From a virus (Duplodnaviria; Caudoviricetes): a stretch of 25,005 nt of DNA. A program made the position numbers and the translations under genes. The notes beneath the pieces were generated by a model. The model searched no databases. It saw only the letters and a list, made by a program, of their open reading frames with translations, and had not been told where the DNA came from. Shown piece by piece: positions 17,447 to 25,005 of the stretch (the first letter of the stretch is position 1; each line of letters begins with the position of its first letter). The stretch spans positions 1-25,005 of the IMG/VR virus record IMGVR_UViG_3300020477_000119. The stretch is one strand, 5' to 3'.

Positions 17447-17946
17447 TAGCTCACATCCAATTCAAAAGTTATTGTACCCCTACAAGCTGTAGAGCTTGCC
17501 CCATCGGTAATAATTTCTATAGCTTGTCCTGCTGTTAAAGTCTTTTGACCGCTAGGAGTAGAGCTATCTACTGTACCAGCAGCAGATCCAGAGTGAGCTA
17601 TTGTTATAGCTCCGTTAGTTACAGCAGTTCCAGCAATTTCAAAAGTTAATCCACAGTTAGCAGATGTAATAGCATTATTAATTGTTGAATAAATTTTAGC
17701 TATATCCCCTGCAATTGGGGTAACAACAAAGTGTGAACCTGCTGTTGAAATATCAGGTATTGTATAAGTCAGATATATTTTGTTTAAATCTTTAATACTA
17801 GAAGTATTAATTGCATCTTTATCTACTTTCTCCCATGTACCAGAACCAGAACCATTAGCAACATATACTGTATTAGCAGACGCAGCGGCTACCCCTTTAG
17901 GTTCATGTAGAGAAACTCCAGTTAAATCCTTGTGGTTTACAGTCAT
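17446..17946 (-). CDS. Virion structural protein, 166 aa
   Basis: HKDL...LHEPKGVAAASANTVYVANGSGSGTW N-terminal motif recalled at this position in related podoviruses; Ala/Gly/Ser/Thr-rich beta C-terminus. Confidence 0.65.
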   Translation of the reverse strand: MTVNHKDLTGVSLHEPKGVAAASANTVYVANGSGSGTWEKVDKDAINTSSIKDLNKIYLTYTIPDISTAGSHFVVTPIAGDIAKIYSTINNAITSANCGLTFEIAGTAVTNGAITIAHSGSAAGTVDSSTPSGQKTLTAGQAIEIITDGASSTACRGTITFELDVS

Positions 17947-17959
17947 TGTCCTAATCCAG

Positions 17960-18009
17960 AAAAGTTAGAAAGAGAGTAAGGGAGAGTTATAGTAAAACTC
18001 TCCCTCACT
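17960..18009 (-). terminator. Rho-independent terminator after the capsid/decoration genes
   Basis: Perfect 10-bp inverted repeat AGGGAGAGTT (17979-17988) / AACTCTCCCT (17996-18005), extendable to 14 bp with one G-U pair. On the minus strand it is followed by an interrupted U tract (CTCTTTCTAACTTTT), so it is probably leaky. Confidence 0.75.
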
Positions 18010-18020
18010 TTGTAATTAAG

Positions 18021-18542
18021 TTAGTTTTGATCTCTGTACTTAATTACAAGCTCGGCTACACCAGCAGTAAAAGCAGCCGTAGCATACTTGGCTGATACAT
18101 ACACTGGTCGATCACCTGTTCCTGCTATCGCTGCCGCAGCTGATCCAACTAATGCACCATCACATGCTACATGATCCCCGATAGCATCAATAGCAGTAAG
18201 AGCTATTGTAGCATCGATACCATCAGCATCAAGTACTGAAAACGTACCATCCCCATCATCGTGCATAAGGCCAATAGTCAGAGTGGCAGAACCACCAGAC
18301 GTAAAGGCAGTAGTAACATACAACGTAGCTGAGATGATATGTGCTCCATCAGGAATACCTACTGATGGATGAGTTTCAAGGACAGCATCAGAAGAAGTTA
18401 AGTCAGTACCAGTAATAGTAAATACTGCTTGCTTCTCATCGCCCATCGTGGACAGATGCCCTTGTTTTACGGCAGCTCCCTTCTCTAGTCCAAATCGGAC
18501 ATTAAGACCATCGCTGTTTGTCCAAAATTCATTTGCTCCCAT
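18021..18542 (-). CDS. Putative capsid decoration / minor capsid protein
   Basis: Directly after the MCP with a strong SD (AAGGAGGG); IPDGAHIISATLYVTTAFTSGGSATLTIG beta-sandwich motif typical of cement proteins. Confidence 0.7.
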   Translation of the reverse strand: MGANEFWTNSDGLNVRFGLEKGAAVKQGHLSTMGDEKQAVFTITGTDLTSSDAVLETHPSVGIPDGAHIISATLYVTTAFTSGGSATLTIGLMHDDGDGTFSVLDADGIDATIALTAIDAIGDHVACDGALVGSAAAAIAGTGDRPVYVSAKYATAAFTAGVAELVIKYRDQN

Positions 18543-18556
18543 TTTAAAACCCTCCT

Positions 18557-19495
18557 TTAAACTTGGTCGGTGTCACTGAGGACACAAACAAGATTTTCAG
18601 GACGATACAGTTTTACGCCATATCGGGCAGTAGTAACATACTCTTCACGTTGGAAGTCTTTGTTATACTCCGAGTCTACTTGAGGCATTTGCCGCCAAGC
18701 ACCTACAAATGGTAGGACATCTGAAGAAGCTGAGAAAAACATATTAGCTTTACCAGCAGCAGTTGTAACCGAATCAACAGTTTCGTTTGCATCTGCTAAG
18801 TAGTTACTGGTATATACATCAAAGCCATATACATTTTTAATGAACTTCATTCCAGTAGCGATCCCTGAACTTACAATGCCTTCCCAACGTGGGTTATTAC
18901 TTACGTTAGTCAAGTTCGACAAAGTATTAATAGTATACTCTACCGAAGGATCAACGATAGCAATAAGATCCGTATCAGGTACGTTAGCCTTTTTAAGGGA
19001 GTAACGTGCCTTTGCAAAGTCAGCAATAGTAAAAACTTCATTTGTACCTGAAGCAACAAAACGGTGTGGTGCACCATTAATGTTGTTCAAGTTTGAAGCA
19101 GTCTGTTCAGACTCTAGTCCAAGTATTTTCGTTTCTACAGCTTCTAGGATTGCCCTAGCCTGTTTAGGAACGAAAGCTGAAACAAGCTGGTTCATATAAA
19201 ATGAATCCTGCTTGTTCTTGTTTGTGATGTAGTGTCCCGAAGATTTGTACTGATCGATTGTAAACTGAAATTCACCAGTGTCAAGGGCACGATATTTGAC
19301 TGCCGTATCTTCTACGTAGTCATCTACTTGTGCTTGACCAATCGAAGGAATCGTAAAAGTTGTACCATCGGGAAATTCGGACATCCAATTGACGTACTGT
19401 TGTGCCTGAAGTTCATCTTCAAGCACTTCTTTCAATTGGCTTGACCATACCTCAGAGCGTATTAGATGCTCTGAATTTCCTGTAATCATAGCCAT
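18557..19495 (-). CDS. Major capsid protein
   Basis: 312 aa; HLIRSEVWSSQLKEVL, FPDGTTFTIPSIG, VYGFDVYTSNYL and TARYGVKLYRPENL fit an HK97-fold podovirus MCP; follows the scaffold gene. Confidence 0.92.
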   Translation of the reverse strand: MAMITGNSEHLIRSEVWSSQLKEVLEDELQAQQYVNWMSEFPDGTTFTIPSIGQAQVDDYVEDTAVKYRALDTGEFQFTIDQYKSSGHYITNKNKQDSFYMNQLVSAFVPKQARAILEAVETKILGLESEQTASNLNNINGAPHRFVASGTNEVFTIADFAKARYSLKKANVPDTDLIAIVDPSVEYTINTLSNLTNVSNNPRWEGIVSSGIATGMKFIKNVYGFDVYTSNYLADANETVDSVTTAAGKANMFFSASSDVLPFVGAWRQMPQVDSEYNKDFQREEYVTTARYGVKLYRPENLVCVLSDTDQV

Positions 19496-19510
19496 TTAAG
19501 ATTTCTCCTA

Positions 19511-20281
19511 TTAGTTAGAATTATAAAACCCTTCCGGGCCTTTCTCTTTTCTCATTTTAAAAATCTGATTCTGTACTTCAGGACTGAAATACTTTCTAGG
19601 ATTACTTTTACGTAATGCCTCAAAAGATTGCCAAGTACCTTCTGCAATTGTAGAACCAGCGTTTACTTCTTTAACAGCTTCAGTATTTGTCGTACTTACT
19701 GTTGTGTTTGGAATTGTCGATTCCGATTTTTGAGATATACCTAGAGTATTAAAAAAAGCATCAGGACTTTTTGCAGCAACACTAGCTAAGAAGTCAACAG
19801 ACAAATTTAATTCTTGAGCTTTTCTATCAAGAACATCTCTGGCTTTTTCTTCACCATAGATTTTTTTCATTTGGTTATCAACTCTTTGTATATTAGCAGT
19901 AGCCTCTTTTTCACTTTCTCTTTGCTCTAAAGTACTAGAGACAAGCTTGGATAAAGCTTCTTCATCTAACTTAGGAGTGGTGTTCTCCCTAGAAATTTGA
20001 TTTGCTTTTAATGTTTCCTCACGTTCTCTCTTAATTTCCGAGAGTACATCTTCAGCATTTAATCTTTTGTCAAGTTCTGACCGAAGTTCCTGGTTCTCAG
20101 TTTTTAACTGTTCTATAAAGTTGTCAGCATTAGAATACGCTTTAGCTAAAGATTCATTATTTTCGTACTTCTTTCCCTCCCCTACTAAAGTAGTTAAGTG
20201 TTCATTACTGATAACTGGTTTAGATTCCTCTTGTTGTGATTGTGAAGTTTCGTTTTCTTTAAAGATATTTTCTTCAGCCAT
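19511..20281 (-). CDS. Capsid scaffolding protein
   Basis: Acidic coiled coil, LVGEGKKYEN..LAKAYSNADNFIEQLK motif, lies immediately upstream of the MCP. Confidence 0.8.
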   Translation of the reverse strand: MAEENIFKENETSQSQQEESKPVISNEHLTTLVGEGKKYENNESLAKAYSNADNFIEQLKTENQELRSELDKRLNAEDVLSEIKREREETLKANQISRENTTPKLDEEALSKLVSSTLEQRESEKEATANIQRVDNQMKKIYGEEKARDVLDRKAQELNLSVDFLASVAAKSPDAFFNTLGISQKSESTIPNTTVSTTNTEAVKEVNAGSTIAEGTWQSFEALRKSNPRKYFSPEVQNQIFKMRKEKGPEGFYNSN

Positions 20282-20546
20282 TTGATCGTATCCCTTTCTT
20301 TAAGTCTGTCAACTTTAAGATTTCCCGGTACGCACGTAGTTGTCCTATGCGATCCGCTTGTTTAAATGCCCAAGAAGCTGTCGTATAATCTTCAGCACTT
20401 GGGCATTGTAGTTCTAAAACCTTTTGATTAACAATGTCTGTTAACCTTTCTAAAAGGTTTATAGAATTCTTAATATATCCTTCAAAATCTTTTTTGTCTT
20501 TTTCATCCTTTAAATGAGAAGACCATTTTGAATTTATTTTAGTCAT
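20274..20546 (-). CDS. Small conserved phage protein between portal and scaffold
   Basis: DY..SWAFKQADRIGQLRAY motif; stop overlaps the scaffold start; no SD (probably leaderless). Confidence 0.75.
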   Translation of the reverse strand: MTKINSKWSSHLKDEKDKKDFEGYIKNSINLLERLTDIVNQKVLELQCPSAEDYTTASWAFKQADRIGQLRAYREILKLTDLKKGIRSNG

Positions 20547-20554
20547 ATATTACT

Positions 20555-20583
20555 ATTATACCATAATTTTTAAAATTTGTCAA
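20555..20583 (-). promoter_or_regulatory. Consensus sigma70 promoter for the scaffold/capsid genes
   Basis: Minus strand TTGACA (20583-20578), 17 bp ending TGG, then TATAAT (20560-20555); the -35 box contains the portal TGA stop. Confidence 0.85.
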
Positions 20584-22397
20584 ACACCTTCTATTACAGC
20601 TTCTTCTGGGATTTCTTCTGTCCCTGGAATTTCTTCTTCTTCCACAACTTGTTCTGTTAATGTATCTTCTTGATTAAATTCTGCTTGACCAGCATTAAGT
20701 AATCTTTGTGTTTCCATTTGTTCAGCTATCCTAATATTTGGTTGGACAAGTTGAAACTTTTCTATGTCTAAGAGTTCTTCAACTACTTTAGCTACCTGTA
20801 CCCCAGAGATATGTACATTAACTGAGGGGTCTTGCCCTACAGCAGAGTTTAATAAGTTAAGTACATTTTGGAATTGGTTAGCTTTAGAAGCAAAGTGCCT
20901 AGCTCCCATAGGTCTAATCTTACCTCTGGCTGCTAAGTCTTCAGGGGTTATTGTTTCAAATAAAGCTACACCATATTCATCATCAACAACCCTAACGATA
21001 TCACTTACATCCATATTCCGTCTAGCTAACTCAAGCATATCATTTAACAAAGGTTCAAGAAAGTTTCTTTCAAAGTATGCAACTTTATTTTGGAATACCC
21101 TTGATGCTGCGTTATCTAACGTCTGTACTTCAAATGCAGTCTTTTCCCCTGGTGTCCGTATACCCATTGCTTGTCTAGGAGCACCAGCCATTTCTTCCAT
21201 CTTGTTTTCTAAAAGCTGTATCTGCATATCAGCATTAAGAGCCGTAGTATCTGGACGCATAAAGTCTACGTCACCATCTTCACCAACATAAACTTTTTCA
21301 CCTGGACCATAATTAAAATCTTCTACAAACCCTTTGACTTTTACTACAGGATGTGCTATAAGGTCAAAGACATCTGCCTTTAAATTTTCTAAATGGTCTA
21401 TCCTATACTGCATACCTACAAGGTTATCCAATGGTCCCATTGCCATTAAGTTATCAGGACGTAATCTCCACCCTGCATGACGTATAGAGTTACCTCTCCA
21501 AGATGGGTTAGGTATTTTACGTATAACATGGGTACGATCTACTATAGTTATGATATGGTTTTTTAATAAAGTATTTGTAGCTACATCAAAGATATCACCA
21601 TGTAACTCTATTAATTCTACGTACCCTGATTGGTAATAATCGAGGATACTCCCGAAACCATCTATTTGATAACCATCTGTTTTATGAATATCATTAGATG
21701 TTAAACCAGCTACAGCCTTACGGATGTTAGTAATTTTTTCAAATACTTTTTCTAGATATCCTTGTTCAGGATGATCCTGTATATCTGCAGCAACTTCCCC
21801 TAAAGATTTAATAGACCTGATAATCTTAGGGGTTAATTCAAAATTTTCTGCTGTTGGGTTGATAACTATATCGTATGGGGATATCCTAGAAATCTTTGGA
21901 CCTATATAACCAGGGTAGACTTCCCCTGTTTCTTCGTCTTGCCTAACCTCATTAATATACTCTGTAGTAGCAAAAACATTTCCGTAGTCTATAAAATCAT
22001 ATACAAGTCTACTCACATCGTTAATAAAATTACTTTGACGTAATTTATTTTTCATATAAGCTGTGATTACTTTCCTTTTTTCTTCTGCTTCGGAGTCTTC
22101 GTCATCCCCTTCCCATAACATCCAATCTTCATTAGGAAATAATGCAGCCATATAATTAGCATGTAAGTTATCCCTGATCTGTGTTAACTTAGGAATTGTT
22201 GTTGAGTTCTTCCAAGGTAAAGAAGAGTTAGTTGTTTTAGTTGTATCTGTAGCAAAAATATAATTACGTAACTCTTTCTTTTCTTCTACCCAAGTATCCC
22301 GGTATCTATCGTAGTCACGATAACGTGTAACAATAGCTTTAGCTAAACTATCAGGAGTTCCAATGTACTCTTCAAAATCTAAAGTTCTACCAGCCAT
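20580..22397 (-). CDS. Portal protein
   Basis: 605 aa; ELRNYIFATDT..LPWKNSTTIPKLTQIRDNLHANY, MGPLDNLVGMQYRIDHLEN, GIRTPGEKTAFEVQ; acidic C-terminal tail. Confidence 0.92.
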   Translation of the reverse strand: MAGRTLDFEEYIGTPDSLAKAIVTRYRDYDRYRDTWVEEKKELRNYIFATDTTKTTNSSLPWKNSTTIPKLTQIRDNLHANYMAALFPNEDWMLWEGDDEDSEAEEKRKVITAYMKNKLRQSNFINDVSRLVYDFIDYGNVFATTEYINEVRQDEETGEVYPGYIGPKISRISPYDIVINPTAENFELTPKIIRSIKSLGEVAADIQDHPEQGYLEKVFEKITNIRKAVAGLTSNDIHKTDGYQIDGFGSILDYYQSGYVELIELHGDIFDVATNTLLKNHIITIVDRTHVIRKIPNPSWRGNSIRHAGWRLRPDNLMAMGPLDNLVGMQYRIDHLENLKADVFDLIAHPVVKVKGFVEDFNYGPGEKVYVGEDGDVDFMRPDTTALNADMQIQLLENKMEEMAGAPRQAMGIRTPGEKTAFEVQTLDNAASRVFQNKVAYFERNFLEPLLNDMLELARRNMDVSDIVRVVDDEYGVALFETITPEDLAARGKIRPMGARHFASKANQFQNVLNLLNSAVGQDPSVNVHISGVQVAKVVEELLDIEKFQLVQPNIRIAEQMETQRLLNAGQAEFNQEDTLTEQVVEEEEIPGTEEIPEEAVIEGV

Positions 22398-23147
22398 TTA
22401 GAATACTCCAAAAGTAGGGGAGTCTTCAATAGGATCAGATTGGTAATCATAACCATTTCCTGTCTGTGATTCTTGATTTCTATTTTTTTCTCTTCTTAAT
22501 CTATCATTTCCTTCTGAACCTATTACTGTCGGTGTATTTTTAGATCCACTTATTGTTTCCTTTGATGCAGTAACAAAAGCTTTAGCTTCAGTTGCTTTAT
22601 TAATTGATCTTGCTCTTTGTTCAGCAACAACACCTCTTCTTGCTCCTAAAGAAATTAATGTTTGTACATCTGTATCTTTAGCCATCTCTTCTTCTGTTCT
22701 CATTGCTTTGTCTATTGCTGTTAGTCTATTTTGTGCTTCAGCTTGTACCGCAGAAATCTGTTTAGTTGATGATACATTTATTCCAGCAGCTACCCCACCA
22801 CCAGGAACTACCCCTGCAGCAATCAACCCTGTTGTTGTAGTTGGGTCAAAAAAACTTGTTAAACTTTTTGCTGTTCTACTTTCACTTATTGATCGACTTA
22901 ATTGTGTAGCTGTCATATAACTAGGGTCAGTATTTACTGATGCTGATTTTATTCCAGTGTCATCCCCTGCTTGAGGAGTTAGTTTAACTTTAGCTAATGG
23001 CCCTTTAGCGTTTTTTTCATCCCTAAGATTTGTTGTAGGGGTAATCTCCCCTACCCTTCTTGGTGGATTTAAATACCTATTTGTTGTACTTGGCCCAACT
23101 TTTTCTACTTCATACCCTCTGTTTACAAGTGAAAATCTACTAGCCAT
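22398..23147 (-). CDS. Hypothetical 249-aa protein between terminase and portal
   Basis: The track start 23213 overlaps the terminase by 74 bp; ATG 23147 (MASRFSL), overlapping the terminase stop region, is more plausible. The stop abuts the portal ATG. Contains the Gly/Ala hydrophobic segment GLIAAGVVPGGGVAAGINV. Confidence 0.65.
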   Translation of the reverse strand: MASRFSLVNRGYEVEKVGPSTTNRYLNPPRRVGEITPTTNLRDEKNAKGPLAKVKLTPQAGDDTGIKSASVNTDPSYMTATQLSRSISESRTAKSLTSFFDPTTTTGLIAAGVVPGGGVAAGINVSSTKQISAVQAEAQNRLTAIDKAMRTEEEMAKDTDVQTLISLGARRGVVAEQRARSINKATEAKAFVTASKETISGSKNTPTVIGSEGNDRLRREKNRNQESQTGNGYDYQSDPIEDSPTFGVF

Positions 23148-24687
23148 ATCTTGAAGCCACCCCTCCAAATCTAGAATGATAAACAATATTATTTCCTTGT
23201 CTGGATAATACACCTGATGCTGTAGGTATCTTTGCGATTTCCACCGCAGAAGCTAAAGCATCTTTTATATCATCATGAGAAGGATGTACCTGTATTAACT
23301 CATCTTCTAACAACTGGCAGTTACCCCCTTGGTAATGCCACATCGATAAGTTTTCGTATCTCGGATCAAGAATAGCACTAATCCTTTCTTCTTTAGAACC
23401 TGAATGTCTTGTAGGGTTATGCTCATCAATAGATAAAGCAAGACCATAAGGCCGTATATAAGAATCTTTTAATTCTTGTACTATTGCCTTTTGTGCTGCT
23501 GTTATCTCTGCCCTTAATTTTCTAAATCCCCAATACTGATGTAGTCTAAGGATGTGTTCAAAGTATTCTGATATCTTTTCAGTTTGAAATCTCTCGATAG
23601 CCAAAACATAATAGTTACCATCTGCATTAACACCGATAACTACTATTGCTGTGTAGTCTGAGCGTTTCTTTAGTGAATATGCAAAATCCACCGCAGCAAA
23701 CACATTTAACCTCTTATCTTTATGATACCACATTCCACCCCTACTTGTCAAGTATTTTTTATCGTAGTACTGGAATAAATCATAATTAATCCTTGACCCA
23801 TCTAAAGAATTAGGATTGTTATAGTACTGTGCCTGGAATTGTACTTTATCTAAATACTTGGCACGTTTCTTAGCCAGTATCTTTGCATCAAACCCAAACC
23901 ATTTACCATCGTTACGTTGTTGTCTAGGCCACAGAAATTCCCCTGTCCCATCCCCCCTATTTTCTGTTTGCCTTTCAAACTTTTCATAAACAGCTTCGTA
24001 TTCTATAATATTCCCTTCTTTATCGTATACTTCTTCCTGCATTTCGATTAAGCTATTATATAAATCTTTAGGGTGGTAACGTGTACCGACAATCCATTCT
24101 TGTGCTTCCCCACCTTCAATGGAAGACAATAACGAATATTGGCTGATAACTTTGTTGCGTCCTTCAGCAGTGTAAGCATTTTCCATAACAACAACATCAT
24201 CGAGTACGGCTATATCACAATGGAGTCCAGTGATACTTGTTGTTAACCCTGCTGTAAAAACTGAAGGGTCACGTACACCTTCAATGGCCCGGAGTGGGTG
24301 GTCCAGTTCTATTTCTGTGTTTGTCCACTTAGCCCTTTTACCTTCTTCGGGTAAGACCATATCAGGCCAGTACCTTCTGTAAATCTTAGAGGTAAGGATA
24401 TCTTTTATAAACTTTAATTGTTTTTCTGCTAGATTAGATGTACTCGAAATATAAAGTACACGATGGTCAGGATGGTTAGTTAAATGCCATGCAACCCGGT
24501 ATGCGATCATCCTGGACTTCTGGTGATCTCTAGGGAGTAAGACAAGCTGGTGGGACTTTGCTTCCTGTCGTACCCACCATCTGCAAAGCTCCGTATGTAT
24601 AGAACCTAATACTGTCTGAGGTGACACTAGTTTTATAAAGGTAACTAGGTCACTCTCAGCAGCCAGTTTAATTTCAGAAGAAGACAC
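23140..24687 (-). CDS. terL: Terminase large subunit
   Basis: Deviant Walker A LPRDHQKS, Walker B DIAVLDD, coupling motif GTRYH, RNase H-like nuclease motifs AAVDFA and HDDIKDALA; GTG start. Confidence 0.93.
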   Translation of the reverse strand: MSSSEIKLAAESDLVTFIKLVSPQTVLGSIHTELCRWWVRQEAKSHQLVLLPRDHQKSRMIAYRVAWHLTNHPDHRVLYISSTSNLAEKQLKFIKDILTSKIYRRYWPDMVLPEEGKRAKWTNTEIELDHPLRAIEGVRDPSVFTAGLTTSITGLHCDIAVLDDVVVMENAYTAEGRNKVISQYSLLSSIEGGEAQEWIVGTRYHPKDLYNSLIEMQEEVYDKEGNIIEYEAVYEKFERQTENRGDGTGEFLWPRQQRNDGKWFGFDAKILAKKRAKYLDKVQFQAQYYNNPNSLDGSRINYDLFQYYDKKYLTSRGGMWYHKDKRLNVFAAVDFAYSLKKRSDYTAIVVIGVNADGNYYVLAIERFQTEKISEYFEHILRLHQYWGFRKLRAEITAAQKAIVQELKDSYIRPYGLALSIDEHNPTRHSGSKEERISAILDPRYENLSMWHYQGGNCQLLEDELIQVHPSHDDIKDALASAVEIAKIPTASGVLSRQGNNIVYHSRFGGVASRYG

Positions 24688-24689
24688 AG

Positions 24690-24806
24690 TTAAGCGTACT
24701 TACTCATTGATTTCTTTTTAGCTTTCTTTTTAGCATTAGCCATTACTTGCTTCTTACCTTTTTTACCATAAGCGTTCTTATCGATCTTTCCGTTTTTACC
24801 TGGCAT
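24690..24806 (-). CDS. 38-aa highly basic peptide
   Basis: Below the ORF-track cutoff; translated as MPGKNGKIDKNAYGKKGKKQVMANAKKKAKKKSMSKYA. SD CAGGAG, TAATG overlap with the upstream gene, stop 2 nt before the terL GTG. Confidence 0.7.
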   Translation of the reverse strand: MPGKNGKIDKNAYGKKGKKQVMANAKKKAKKKSMSKYA

Positions 24807-25005
24807 TATTTTTCTCCTGTGTTAACAAGTTGTAGACCTATTCTCTCTGCATCAGAATCAAACTCTTCGGCTAGTTTAGCTTGTATCTTTTTCTCCTTTT
24901 CTATTTCAATCTTTGATGGCCGCCCCCTGGTGTGTTGTCTTTTCCACTCCCCGGTTGCTAAAAACTTTGCTGCATTAAAAGAAGACTTGCCTGATACAGC
25001 TTCCT
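24806..25005 (-). CDS. terS: Probable terminase small subunit, C-terminal part (truncated by the window edge)
   Basis: Translated as ...EAVSGKSSFNAAKFLATGEWKRQHTRGRPSKIEIEKEKKIQAKLAEEFDSDAERIGLQLVNTGEK*; AAKFLA and RGRPSK motifs and position upstream of terL. Confidence 0.65.
   Translation of the reverse strand, partial: EAVSGKSSFNAAKFLATGEWKRQHTRGRPSKIEIEKEKKIQAKLAEEFDSDAERIGLQLVNTGEK

Larger units (their letters stand above)
1..25005 (-). mobile_element. Podovirus-type tailed phage packaging/head/tail/ejection module (Zobellviridae-like by recalled motifs)
   Basis: Co-oriented terminase-portal-scaffold-capsid-tail tube A/B-internal protein order, near-complete coding density, no tape-measure or sheath gene, no host genes. 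Prophage versus free phage cannot be told from this window. Confidence 0.93.

Noticed and set aside
18543-18575. Possible MCP-to-decoration -1 frameshift fusion (TTTAAAG at the MCP stop; the -1 frame is open into the next ATG)
   Set aside because: The heptamer is not in the X XXY YYZ phase of the MCP frame, the -1 frame has a TGA a few codons upstream, and the downstream gene has its own strong SD.
1399-22920. Plus-strand ORFs in the track (e.g. 1399, 2786, 5764, 9347, 10120, 12793, 13320, 14538, 14793, 14900, 16272, 17274, 17780, 19232, 20067, 20764, 22708)
   Set aside because: All lie wholly or mostly antisense to well-supported minus-strand genes, show shadow-frame composition, and have no SD or promoter that I could see.
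24516-24545. Glycine-less Walker A (LPRDHQKS) in the terminase
   Set aside because: Deviant P-loops of this form are common in phage large terminases; the other motifs are intact and the length leaves no room for an intein or intron.
1-25005. CRISPR array, tRNA/ncRNA genes, stop-codon reassignment
   Set aside because: No spaced direct repeats, intergenic gaps are too short for structured RNA genes, and all three stop codons end full-length genes under the standard code.

Overview
The whole window is the virion-morphogenesis (late) region of an AT-rich podovirus-type tailed dsDNA phage. From my recall of the terminase, portal, capsid and tail motifs it resembles Zobellviridae-like marine podoviruses (SIO1/VpV262/PA11 type); this was not checked by a database search. 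Almost all genes are tightly packed on the minus strand, in this order: terminase small (partial), a 38-aa Lys-rich peptide, terminase large, an orphan 249-aa gene, portal, a small conserved gene, scaffold, major capsid, decoration protein, a terminator, tail-fibre genes (including two tandem fibre + chaperone cassettes), four small membrane/coiled-coil genes, tail tubular A and B, three internal (ejection) proteins, a peptidoglycan-binding multidomain protein and a partial holin-like gene. No host genes, integrase, RNA genes or CRISPR array are visible. The most unusual feature is the only credible plus-strand gene: a very AT-rich small membrane protein with its own near-consensus sigma70 promoter, convergent on and overlapping the 3' end of the peptidoglycan-binding protein. 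That layout recalls a toxin/effector-immunity pair. Also notable are a 28-nt RTX-like motif shared by two genes 21 kb apart and a perfect sigma70 promoter that predicts a leaderless head-gene mRNA.
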